From Candidatus Kapaibacterium sp. (lineage in GTDB: Bacteria > Bacteroidota > Ignavibacteria > Kapaibacteriales > Kapaibacteriaceae), in NCBI GenBank assembly GCA_018882895.1, contig VERF01000002.1, positions 10,842 to 74,841 on the forward strand: 64,000 bases of DNA, in the 5' to 3' direction. The notes beneath the pieces are model-generated. The model ran no database searches and had not been told where the DNA came from. It was given only the letters and a program-made list of their open reading frames with translations. Each line of letters starts with the position of its first letter. Position 1 is the first letter of the stretch. Positions 9,128 to 17,554 of the stretch are shown in pieces. The position numbers and the translations under genes were made by a program.

Positions 9128-9904
9128 ATGCATTCGCTTGTCGTAATAGTCGTCGCCCTTGCGGCAGCGATCTCCCTGCGCGGCCAAACGGCCGACCCAT
9201 TTGCACAGCCCATAGCCAATCCGCTGGAAGGTCGCATCCAGGTCTTTGCCACCTCGGCTGATGCGCTGCGTTTTGATATCGGTGCTTCGCCGTCATTGTA
9301 CGCGCCTGACTCGACAATTCGTATTCGAGCAGATTTCTTCACGCTCTCGCGCATGCGATCTGCCGAGGCAGTGAAGTTCCCCGTCGAGACCATTGATTAC
9401 TGGTTTGGTTTGTCCGCTGCATGGAGGCCGGAGAACTTCCCTTTGTCAATGCGCCTGCGGCTGGCACATATTTCTGCCCACTTTGTAGATGGAACACCCT
9501 GGCCGTTCCGTGGTGACTCCACTGTGCCGATCTACAGCAGGGAGTTTGCCGAACTTCTCGTATCGGGCTCAATCGGCAATGTGCGCCTGTATGGGGGCCC
9601 GACCATCATCTGGTCGGGCCACAATCCCGAATTCTCACGCGTCATCCCGCAGATCGGTGCTGAGCTGCGCCAGCAGCTTGGTGCGTCGTCAGAGCTGCAG
9701 GCCGCCTATGATGGCAAACTTGTTGGCTATCGCGGCACATATCTTCCACAGCACTGCCTTCAGGTAGGCCTTGTGCACCGTCATAAGACTGACGTCGAGG
9801 GTGGGATATTTCTCTACCGTTACGACGGACGCAGCATACATGGGATGTTCGCAGGCCGTCGTGATTCATACTGGGCTCTTGGCATTCGACTTGGTATGCC
9901 CTGA
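9128..9904 (+). CDS. Secreted, probably outer-membrane, protein of unknown function, likely co-transcribed with lpxA
   Basis: Signal peptide (VVIVVALAAAISLRGQT). Alternating beta-strand-like pattern. Aromatic-rich C-terminus (YWALGIRLGMP). Only 6 nt after the lpxA stop. Confidence 0.6.
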   Translation: MHSLVVIVVALAAAISLRGQTADPFAQPIANPLEGRIQVFATSADALRFDIGASPSLYAPDSTIRIRADFFTLSRMRSAEAVKFPVETIDYWFGLSAAWRPENFPLSMRLRLAHISAHFVDGTPWPFRGDSTVPIYSREFAELLVSGSIGNVRLYGGPTIIWSGHNPEFSRVIPQIGAELRQQLGASSELQAAYDGKLVGYRGTYLPQHCLQVGLVHRHKTDVEGGIFLYRYDGRSIHGMFAGRRDSYWALGIRLGMP

Positions 9905-9971
9905 ATGGCGCGCCATGTGGCTATTTTCGCCCCCTGACATTTGATCATCATCGATTGAAAGACACACATTC

Positions 9972-11066
9972 ATGGGCATTGCCTGCGGCATCGTCGGTCT
10001 GCCAAACGTCGGAAAGTCGACACTCTTTAATGCACTCACCTCGAACGAAGCTGAGGCTGCCAACTATCCCTTCTGCACAATCGATCCGAATGTGGGCATC
10101 GTGAACGTCCCTGATGGACGCCTAAAGAAGCTTTCCGAGAAGTATGAGACCGATAAGATGGTCCCGACGACCGTTGAATTCGTCGACATCGCCGGCCTTG
10201 TCAAGGGGGCTTCCAAAGGTGAAGGGTTGGGCAATCAGTTCCTTGCCAATATCCGGCAGTGCGATGCTGTGGCCCATGTGGTTCGCTGCTTTGAGGATGA
10301 CAACGTCGTGCACGTCCATGGCGGCGTCGACCCATTACATGACATCGACATCATCGATACCGAGCTTATCCTCAAGGACGTCGAATCCGTCGACAAGCGC
10401 ATGGAATCGGTCATGAAGAAGGTGCGTGCCAATGACAAGGAAGCACGCGAAGAGTATGACTTCCTGCAGCTTCTTCGTGATCATCTCGATGCCGGCAAGA
10501 CGGCTCGAGCATATCAGGCTGATGAAAAGGGGCATGCCTGGATGCGCACGCTGCAGCTTCTGACCGACAAGCCTGTTATGTACGTTGCAAATACTGACGA
10601 GGCCGGTGTGGCCAACGGGAATCGTTATCTCGATGCCGTGCGCGCGCGCGCCGCTTCTGAGGGGGCGATCGTGGTGCCGATCTGCGCCAAGATTGAGTCA
10701 GAGATCGCCTTACTTGAAGATGATGACAGGGCGATGTTCCTGGCAGATCTTGGGATGAGTGAACCGGGTCTTGATCGTGTGATCCGCGAGGCATATCGCC
10801 TGCTTGGTCTGATCACATACTTCACAGCTGGCAAGAAGGAATGTCGCGCATGGACCGTACGCGCCGGTAGCACTGCGCCTCAGGCTGCGGGAGTCATCCA
10901 CACAGACTTCGAGAAGGGCTTCATTCGTGCCGAGGTGATGGCGTATGCCGACTGGGAAAGACTCGGAAGCGAGCAATCCGTCAAGGACGCCGGGCTTTAC
11001 AAGATCGAAGGCAAGGAATACGTGGTGCGCGACGGTGATGTGATGTACTTCCGCTTTAACGTATAG
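9972..11066 (+). CDS. ychF: Redox-regulated ribosome-binding ATPase YchF
   Basis: GIVGLPNVGKSTLFNALT P-loop. C-terminal TGS-like region IHTDFEKGFIRAEV ... GKEYVVRDGDVMYFRFNV. Confidence 0.93.
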   Translation: MGIACGIVGLPNVGKSTLFNALTSNEAEAANYPFCTIDPNVGIVNVPDGRLKKLSEKYETDKMVPTTVEFVDIAGLVKGASKGEGLGNQFLANIRQCDAVAHVVRCFEDDNVVHVHGGVDPLHDIDIIDTELILKDVESVDKRMESVMKKVRANDKEAREEYDFLQLLRDHLDAGKTARAYQADEKGHAWMRTLQLLTDKPVMYVANTDEAGVANGNRYLDAVRARAASEGAIVVPICAKIESEIALLEDDDRAMFLADLGMSEPGLDRVIREAYRLLGLITYFTAGKKECRAWTVRAGSTAPQAAGVIHTDFEKGFIRAEVMAYADWERLGSEQSVKDAGLYKIEGKEYVVRDGDVMYFRFNV

Positions 11067-11075
11067 GGGGCGGAA

Positions 11076-11768
11076 ATGGCACTTCTTGGACATGTGGCAC
11101 GGCTTGTTGTCCATCCAGCCGATATCGATCAGGTTCTCCCAATGTTCGATGCTGTTGGCTTCGATGCAGGGGATGAGACCTCTTACGGACGTCGACTTTC
11201 CGATGGCCAGATCCTGATGCTCCTGAACGCTGATGGACCCACGGAGCCAGGCCTTCTTTATGCCGCCCCATCGCTCCAGAGTGTGGGCGACAGACTCGCG
11301 GCGGCGGGCATAGCCTTTACGGGAAATCGCACATCGGAGCTTCATCTGGAAGGACCCGGGCAACTGCGCATCCGTATCGTGGCGGCAACTGCCGACGATA
11401 TTGAAGAGCGCAGCGGTCTGGACAATCCGGTGCTCGGATTCCTTGACTCGATCGTCGTGCCGGTATCAGATACCGCGCTGGCAGCGCGCTGGGCCCAGAG
11501 TTGCGGATTCTTCATTCTCGAAACATCTGATGTGGCCGCCCCGATGGTCGACGTCACCGATGGTCTGGTGAAGATATCCTTCCGGCAGCAGCAACTCAGA
11601 GCCCCCTACCTGCATTACACTGCTGATATCGACAAGGAATGGGCTGACGATCTGAAGCAGACACTTGGCCAAGCGTGCACGATTATTCCATCCGGAACCG
11701 ACGTTGGACTAGTGTCTGTTGATCTCGCCGGCGCACTGCATGTGATGATCACTTCTGACGACTTCTAA
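11076..11768 (+). CDS. Hypothetical protein, possibly with a two-domain VOC/glyoxalase-like fold
   Basis: 230-aa ORF in the same orientation and tightly spaced within the ychF-HAD-queG run. No diagnostic motif recognised. Confidence 0.5.
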   Translation: MALLGHVARLVVHPADIDQVLPMFDAVGFDAGDETSYGRRLSDGQILMLLNADGPTEPGLLYAAPSLQSVGDRLAAAGIAFTGNRTSELHLEGPGQLRIRIVAATADDIEERSGLDNPVLGFLDSIVVPVSDTALAARWAQSCGFFILETSDVAAPMVDVTDGLVKISFRQQQLRAPYLHYTADIDKEWADDLKQTLGQACTIIPSGTDVGLVSVDLAGALHVMITSDDF

Positions 11769-11786
11769 AACTGCTGCGGACCTGAC

Positions 11787-12449
11787 ATGACTCCCTCACT
11801 TGTTCTTTTCGATCTTGACGGAACCCTTGTCGATTCCCGTCCCGGCATCGTGCATTCGCTACGCATGGCACTGCAGCAATCCGGACTTGACCTCCCTGAG
11901 GACCACGACTTCACATGGTGCATTGGCGCATCGCTCTGGAAGATCTTCGAAGACTACCTGGGCACGAAGGATCGTGCGAAACTCGAGGCAGCAGTTGCCC
12001 GGTACCGACATATCTATCGCGATGGTCCGATGTTCGAGTACGATGTCTATGAAGGCGTCATTGACATGCTGACGCATCTGAAGGTGCAAGGGGCTCGCGT
12101 CTGTATTGCAACGGCCAAGGTTCACGAGTATGCCCGTGAGATAATCGCAGTTTCGCCGTTCGCATCCGGTATCGACCACGTATATGGTTCCGAACTGGAC
12201 GGACGCAACGTTGAGAAAAGTGATCTCATACGCATGATTCTGCACGAGGAGCGTATTGCTCCCGAGAATGTCGTCATGATCGGCGATCGTCATCACGACA
12301 TCGACGGCGCACTGGCCAATGGCGTCACTGCCATCGGCGTAACATACGGGTACGGCTCGCGCGAGGAGATCGCCCATGCACACGCCTGCGTTGATCACGC
12401 TCGCGATGTTGTGTCGGCTATCACTGCCCTCGAGGTCACTCCTCGGTAA
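11787..12449 (+). CDS. HAD-IA family hydrolase (phosphoglycolate-phosphatase-like)
   Basis: LVLFDLDGTLVDS motif I, IATAK motif II, and MIGDRHHDIDGA motif III/IV region. Confidence 0.8.
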   Translation: MTPSLVLFDLDGTLVDSRPGIVHSLRMALQQSGLDLPEDHDFTWCIGASLWKIFEDYLGTKDRAKLEAAVARYRHIYRDGPMFEYDVYEGVIDMLTHLKVQGARVCIATAKVHEYAREIIAVSPFASGIDHVYGSELDGRNVEKSDLIRMILHEERIAPENVVMIGDRHHDIDGALANGVTAIGVTYGYGSREEIAHAHACVDHARDVVSAITALEVTPR

Positions 12450-12453
12450 GGTC

Positions 12454-13404
12454 ATGACGCCGACGCAGCAGGTCAAGCGGGCAGCGCTGGACATTGGCTT
12501 CGACGCCGTTGCCATTGCTCGTGCCGAGCCGCTCGTCGAGGAAATGAAGCAGTACCAAGAGTGGCTGCAACGCGGCTACCATGGATCCATGGCATACATG
12601 GAGCGCAATCCTGAAGCTCGGGGCGATGTCCGTCATATCCTGCCTGAGGCGGCAAGCGTGATCGTGGTTGCCCGCAATTACTACACCCCATTTCAACATG
12701 AGAAGGGGCAGGTTGGCAAGATCGCGCGCTACGCGTGGGGAGACGACTACCACGTGGTGATACCGCCGATGCTCGATGCGCTCTCTTCGGCGGTGGCTGA
12801 GATCGTTCCGGGGAGTACCTCTCGACGTTACATAGATACCGGCCCCGTGCTTGAGCGCCAATGGGCGGTTCGCTCGGGTCTGGGCTGGCAAGGAAAGAAC
12901 GGTAACATCCTACGTCGAGACATGGGCAGCTGGTTCTTCATCGGTGTGGTGATCACCACGGCCGCCTTTGATGCCGATGAACCCATGGAGGACTTCTGTG
13001 GAACCTGCACTGCCTGCATCGACTCGTGCCCGACATCGGCGATCGTCCAACCCACAGTCGTCGATTCAACCAAGTGTATCTCGTACTGGACCATAGAGAC
13101 CAAGGGCAACGTGGAGTTCCCGCTGCCGATCGCCGAACATCTCGATGGGTGGCTCTTCGGCTGCGACGTCTGCCAGGATGTCTGCCCGTGGAATCGCTTC
13201 GAGACTCCAACCACCGAGGATCGGTTTCTGCCGCGCAATGATGAAGTGGCCCTCTATCCGACAGACATCCTAACTTTGCAACCCGATCAATTCGTCGAAC
13301 GCTTTCGACATAGCCCGCTGAAGCGTCCAAAGCTCGATGGATTGAAAAGAACCGCTGACTACCTCGTCACCCCGGCCAAGGTCATGCCCAGTAAGGATGA
13401 TTGA
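12454..13404 (+). CDS. queG: tRNA epoxyqueuosine(34) reductase
   Basis: Two 4Fe-4S motifs (CGTCTACIDSCPTSAI, CDVCQDVCPWNRF) and the QueG N-terminal pattern (GFDAVAIARAEP..., GYHGSMAYM). Start moved to the ATG at 12454, just after the HAD stop; the tracked ORF begins at 12376. Confidence 0.88.
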   Translation: MTPTQQVKRAALDIGFDAVAIARAEPLVEEMKQYQEWLQRGYHGSMAYMERNPEARGDVRHILPEAASVIVVARNYYTPFQHEKGQVGKIARYAWGDDYHVVIPPMLDALSSAVAEIVPGSTSRRYIDTGPVLERQWAVRSGLGWQGKNGNILRRDMGSWFFIGVVITTAAFDADEPMEDFCGTCTACIDSCPTSAIVQPTVVDSTKCISYWTIETKGNVEFPLPIAEHLDGWLFGCDVCQDVCPWNRFETPTTEDRFLPRNDEVALYPTDILTLQPDQFVERFRHSPLKRPKLDGLKRTADYLVTPAKVMPSKDD

Positions 13405-13407
13405 GTG

Positions 13408-13469
13408 CTGGGCCCCGGCCTGCGCCGGGGCGACGAATCTGGGCCCCGGCCTGCGCCGGGGCGACGAAT
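13408..13469. repeat. Two perfect tandem copies of a 31-bp module, each containing an 8-bp GC stem-loop (GCCCCGGC-CTGC-GCCGGGGC)
   Basis: Direct reading: CTGGGCCCCGGCCTGCGCCGGGGCGACGAAT occurs at 13408-13438 and again at 13439-13469, 3 nt after the queG stop. No T-tract follows. Confidence 0.9.
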
Positions 13470-13497
13470 CTGTAACCCGTAATCTGTAATCTGACAC
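13470..13497. repeat. Heptanucleotide tandem run CYGTAAY (CTGTAAC CCGTAAT CTGTAAT CTGACAC) ending exactly at the trxB ATG
   Basis: Direct reading. Same unit family as the arrays at 31383-31431 and 42341-42396. Confidence 0.8.
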
Positions 13498-14445
13498 ATG
13501 CATACTCAGATCGCCATCATCGGATCCGGACCTGCCGGATTTACCGCAGCCCTCTATGCCAGTCGAGCCAATCTCGGAGTAACGATCTTTGAGGGGGCTC
13601 AGCCGGGTGGTCAGCTTACGATCACGACCGAGGTTGAGAACTATCCGGGATTTGAACATGGCATCATGGGCCCGGAGCTTATGGACGTGCTTCGCAAGCA
13701 GGCACATCGGTTCGGTGCCGTCTCGAGATATGAGACCATAACGGCAGTCGATTTCTCTGGTCGTCCCTTCGTGCTGACCAATGAGCGCGGCGAAGTGACG
13801 ACGGCTGATTCGGTTATCATTGCCACCGGAGCTACGGCGAAGCTCCTCGGCGCGCCCGGTGAAACCGAGTACATGGGTTATGGGGTCAGCGCTTGTGCGA
13901 CGTGCGACGGTTTCTTCTTCCGTGGTCTGCGCGTGTTTGTCATCGGCGGTGGAGACACGGCCATGGAAGAGGCCAACTATTTGACGCGATTCGCCGAATC
14001 CGTCACCATCGTGCACCGTCGAGAAGATTTCCGCGCATCGAAGATCATGCTCGATCGAGCACGGAACAACCCCAAGATCAACTTCCTTCTCAACAGCGTC
14101 GTTGATGAGTACGTCGGTACCACCAACGAGGCTGGGATGAAGAAGATGACGCATCTGCGCGTGCGGAACATTGTCGACGGTACCGTTACCGACGTCGAGG
14201 CAGATGGAGCGTTCGTTGCCATTGGCCATCAGCCCAACACACATCTTTTCAACGGCATGCTCGACATGGACGATGTCGGCTACATCCTCACGCTAGGAAA
14301 GTCGTCGCACACCAATATCCCGGGCGTGTTCGCCTGTGGTGATGCTCAGGACAGTGTGTACCGGCAGGCCATCACGGCCGCGGGCTCAGGCTGCATGGCA
14401 GCCATTGACGCCGAACGCTGGCTCGAAGCGCAGCACGCTCAGTAG
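13498..14445 (+). CDS. trxB: Thioredoxin-disulfide reductase
   Basis: GSGPAG FAD motif, redox-active CATCDG, and GGGDTAMEEA NADPH motif. Confidence 0.93.
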   Translation: MHTQIAIIGSGPAGFTAALYASRANLGVTIFEGAQPGGQLTITTEVENYPGFEHGIMGPELMDVLRKQAHRFGAVSRYETITAVDFSGRPFVLTNERGEVTTADSVIIATGATAKLLGAPGETEYMGYGVSACATCDGFFFRGLRVFVIGGGDTAMEEANYLTRFAESVTIVHRREDFRASKIMLDRARNNPKINFLLNSVVDEYVGTTNEAGMKKMTHLRVRNIVDGTVTDVEADGAFVAIGHQPNTHLFNGMLDMDDVGYILTLGKSSHTNIPGVFACGDAQDSVYRQAITAAGSGCMAAIDAERWLEAQHAQ

Positions 14446-14465
14446 GCAACAGGAGGCGCGCTCCT

Positions 14466-16055
14466 TCACTCGATGATCGAGTACGCGGGCTTGTATTTCT
14501 TGATCTCAGCAGCTGTCAACTTCGCATCGTCAAGTGATGCAAAGCCCCATAACTTGATTCTGTAGCGCGTTTGGCCGTCATCATAGACCGGTTCGAAATA
14601 GGCGTTGAGCTTTCGTTCACGCCAGTCCTTCAGGCGGATCATTGCCGTTTGCTCGTTGTCGACCTGTTCGACCGTTATCGTATGCTGAGGGGATCCGTTG
14701 GAGAACATTCGAGCCTCGACGCGGTTATTCAGCAGGCGTCGTGTTCCATCGGTCTGAAAGTAATACCTGGGCTTGCGGCTGCCGTCACTGCGAACCAGGA
14801 TCTGGCGCGATAGAACTCCGTTGGCGATCAGAAAGGAGCGGACCTGATTGGCGCGCTCCAAGGCTCTGGCATCACCGTTCTTGCCAACGTCGCTGCTGAC
14901 GTGGCCGGTTAGCTCAATGGTCATGGACGCATTGGCCGATAGCATCTCGCTGATGGCCAGGAGCGATTGGTAGTACTCCCGAAGATCTGTATCGGTGGTG
15001 TCGCGGAACAGAGCAACTATCGAGGGAGACGTTTCGATGGCCTGATCGATCGGTGTAAGGATGATCGAGTCTGTTATCGCAAAGGCGCTTTCCGGACTTT
15101 CCAGACGCAGGCGCAGCCATGGGCTTTGACATGCGGCAAAGTCCTGCACATCGGCCCGAACGGTAACCGACGATGCCCACTTCTGGGCGAACATGATCTC
15201 ACTCACGATATCTCCGATGGAAGCCGTCTGGTCTTCATCCAGAGTATAGAGCCGTCCGCCCGTGGAGGAGGTGATATATCTCAGGGGGCGACCTGCGGCC
15301 TCGAGTCCGATTCGGATCACATAGACCGGGACCTTCGCATCGCGTGCGACGCGTGCGACGTCCTCCGTCGTACTGAAAGGTGTCGCATTGTCGGCCGTGG
15401 CAGTGACCACAACCAGCGCACGTCTGCCCGGTGCACTCGACAGAATGCGACAAGCAGATTGTGTGGCGGTGTAGAGCGACGAAAGCCCGTCAGCATCGGG
15501 CACGTCCTCAAGGCGAAGCACCTCCGTCAGACTTGAGAGTGGTCCAAGCGACAGCACGTTCGTTGAAGATTGGTTGTAAACTCCAAGGCCGATCGCGTCG
15601 GCTGATGAGCCCCCTGCAAGAGAACGCTGCAGACTTAAGATCACGTCGCGAGTAAGAGTTCCCGAAAGCATTGAGTTGTCGATCAGAACGTACAAGCTCA
15701 CATCTTCCGGCGTGACATCAGTTCTGGGAGATCCGGCTGAGCTCAGCTCGTACGGTGTCGGTGCGCTGCCGCGGCAGGCAACATCGGCGAGCATCGACAT
15801 CCGATCGAGTGACAACGGCAGCAGATTACCCTCGGCATCAAGCACGATAACTGAAGCGGTGATCTGACCGGGCACGGATTCGTCGACACCCATGATACGC
15901 ATGCGGCTTGCGAGCACTGTCGAATCGGTCTGGATCCCACGCAAATACTCGCTGCGTGAGGACGAACGGGCAAGCATGGGACCGGTCGAAATGTCCTGTG
16001 CCATCCCTGCAGCTACCGACATCAGAAGGGACAGCAGGATGATGATGGCATTCAT
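14466..16055 (-). CDS. Secreted vWA-domain protein with C-terminal OmpA-like and SPOR-like domains
   Basis: Start moved to the ATG at 16055, which gives the signal peptide MNAIIILLSLLMSVAAGMAQD. vWA-like core (LYVLIDNSMLSG ... VVVTATADN ... VYVIRIG). OmpA-like segment (IELTGHVSSDVGKNGDARALERANQVRSFLIANGV). SPOR-like end (YRIKLWGFASLDDAKLTAAEI). Confidence 0.7.
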   Translation of the reverse strand: MNAIIILLSLLMSVAAGMAQDISTGPMLARSSSRSEYLRGIQTDSTVLASRMRIMGVDESVPGQITASVIVLDAEGNLLPLSLDRMSMLADVACRGSAPTPYELSSAGSPRTDVTPEDVSLYVLIDNSMLSGTLTRDVILSLQRSLAGGSSADAIGLGVYNQSSTNVLSLGPLSSLTEVLRLEDVPDADGLSSLYTATQSACRILSSAPGRRALVVVTATADNATPFSTTEDVARVARDAKVPVYVIRIGLEAAGRPLRYITSSTGGRLYTLDEDQTASIGDIVSEIMFAQKWASSVTVRADVQDFAACQSPWLRLRLESPESAFAITDSIILTPIDQAIETSPSIVALFRDTTDTDLREYYQSLLAISEMLSANASMTIELTGHVSSDVGKNGDARALERANQVRSFLIANGVLSRQILVRSDGSRKPRYYFQTDGTRRLLNNRVEARMFSNGSPQHTITVEQVDNEQTAMIRLKDWRERKLNAYFEPVYDDGQTRYRIKLWGFASLDDAKLTAAEIKKYKPAYSIIE

Positions 16056-16059
16056 AGGG

Positions 16060-17442
16060 CTACGCTGGTGTGTTCTGGCTACTTGGCGAGAACGAGAATG
16101 TGATTTGTCCGGCCTCATCGGCATCAACGGTGACGAGGTCTCCGGCACGAACATCCGCACCAAGCACGTGTAAAGCAAGGGGGTCGGTGACATATCGCTG
16201 GATCACCCTCTTCAGGGGGCGGGCACCGAGCTGCACATCATAGCCACGTTTACCAAGCCAATCCATACACTCATCGGTCACCACGAGGTCGATACCAAGC
16301 CCCTTCATTCGACCGGCAACAGAGGCGATCTGGAGGTGAGCGATGCGGCGTACCTCGCTGGGCACGAGGGGCTTGAAGAGGATGACCTCGTCGATGCGAT
16401 TCAGAAACTCCGGACGCAGCTTGCGACGGAGCAGATCTATCAGTTCACGTCTCATTTGCGAGGTGAGGTCATCACGGTTCTCTTCAGTTACTTCCAGGAG
16501 CCGATCCTGCATGATCTCGGATCCAAGGTTCGAGGTCATGATGATGATCGAGTTAGTGAAATCCACCTGACGCCCTTGTCCATCGGTAAGGCGACCGTCA
16601 TCGAGCACCTGAAGCAGCACGTTGAACACGTCCGGGTGGGCCTTTTCGATCTCGTCAAGCAGCACCACACTGTAAGGGCGGCGCCGGACGGCCTCCGTCA
16701 GCTGACCTCCTTCTTCATATCCAACATAGCCGGGAGGAGCACCGATGAGCCGGGCCACGGCATGTTTTTCCATGTACTCACTCATGTCAATGCGAACAAG
16801 CGCAGCTTCATCATCGAAGAGAAACTCTGCCAGTGCGCGCGCCATTTCAGTCTTGCCGACGCCTGTCGAGCCAAGAAAGATAAACGAGCCGATCGGCCGT
16901 TTGGCATCCTGAAGTCCGGCGCGAGAACGCCTGATGGCATTCGAGACTGCCACGACTGCTTCGTGCTGGCCGATGACGCGTTCATGAAGGCGATGTTCCA
17001 TTGAAAGGAGCTTTGCCCGTTCGCTCTCGAGCATGCGCCGAACGGGAATGCCTGTCCACTTGGCAACGACTTCGGCGATGTCCGTATCGTCGATCTCTTC
17101 TTTTAGAAGGGCCGACTGCTTTTGGACCTCTGTCAGTTCTTCATTCTGGCGTACAAGGGACTTTTCAAGTTCAAGGAGACGACCGTATCGCAGTTCCGCA
17201 ACGGTGCCATACTCACCATCACGTTCTGCATCGGCGGCGCGTGCCTTTACTTCCTCGATCTGCGCCTTGATGGAACGTATCGATTGAATGTGCCCCTTTT
17301 CTGTTTCCCACCGTGCCTTGAGCGTGGCCTGTTCGGTGCGTAATTCAGCAAGCTCACGATCGACCTCTTCGAGGCGCTTCTTCGTGGCCTTGCGCATTTC
17401 GTCTTGCATAAGTTCTCTCTTGTAATGCGAATGCCGCCGCAA
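16060..17442 (-). CDS. clpB: ClpB-family AAA+ chaperone, C-terminal half only (distal M-domain plus NBD2); 5'-truncated gene or remnant
   Basis: By eye the ORF aligns with E. coli ClpB from about residue 435 to the end. NBD2 motifs are intact: Walker A GSTGVGKT, Walker B VVLLDEIEKAHPDVFN, GARPLKR. No N-domain or NBD1 coding in any frame before the divergent plsY. The likely start is the ATG at 17409 (MQDEMRK). Confidence 0.75.
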   Translation of the reverse strand: MRRHSHYKRELMQDEMRKATKKRLEEVDRELAELRTEQATLKARWETEKGHIQSIRSIKAQIEEVKARAADAERDGEYGTVAELRYGRLLELEKSLVRQNEELTEVQKQSALLKEEIDDTDIAEVVAKWTGIPVRRMLESERAKLLSMEHRLHERVIGQHEAVVAVSNAIRRSRAGLQDAKRPIGSFIFLGSTGVGKTEMARALAEFLFDDEAALVRIDMSEYMEKHAVARLIGAPPGYVGYEEGGQLTEAVRRRPYSVVLLDEIEKAHPDVFNVLLQVLDDGRLTDGQGRQVDFTNSIIIMTSNLGSEIMQDRLLEVTEENRDDLTSQMRRELIDLLRRKLRPEFLNRIDEVILFKPLVPSEVRRIAHLQIASVAGRMKGLGIDLVVTDECMDWLGKRGYDVQLGARPLKRVIQRYVTDPLALHVLGADVRAGDLVTVDADEAGQITFSFSPSSQNTPA

Positions 17443-17554
17443 ATGACGTATAACTTGTCACGCTATGATATCGCCGGTGGCAATGAATGTCGGAATCTGG
17501 TTCCGATTCCCGTGCGTATTTTCGGCCACGTAAACTCATGCAAAAGAGGAGACA

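Noticed and set aside
9903-9930. Palindrome ATGGCGCGCCAT followed by ATTTTC after the 9128 gene, considered as a terminator.
   Set aside because: A 12-bp perfect palindrome leaves essentially no loop (at most a 4-5 bp stem), and the T-run is short and displaced. This is not convincing.
14446-14465. Short inverted repeat AGGAG-gcgcg-CTCCT between the convergent trxB and vWA-OmpA genes, considered as a bidirectional terminator.
   Set aside because: The stem is only 5 bp and there is no T- or A-tract on either side, which is too weak to call.
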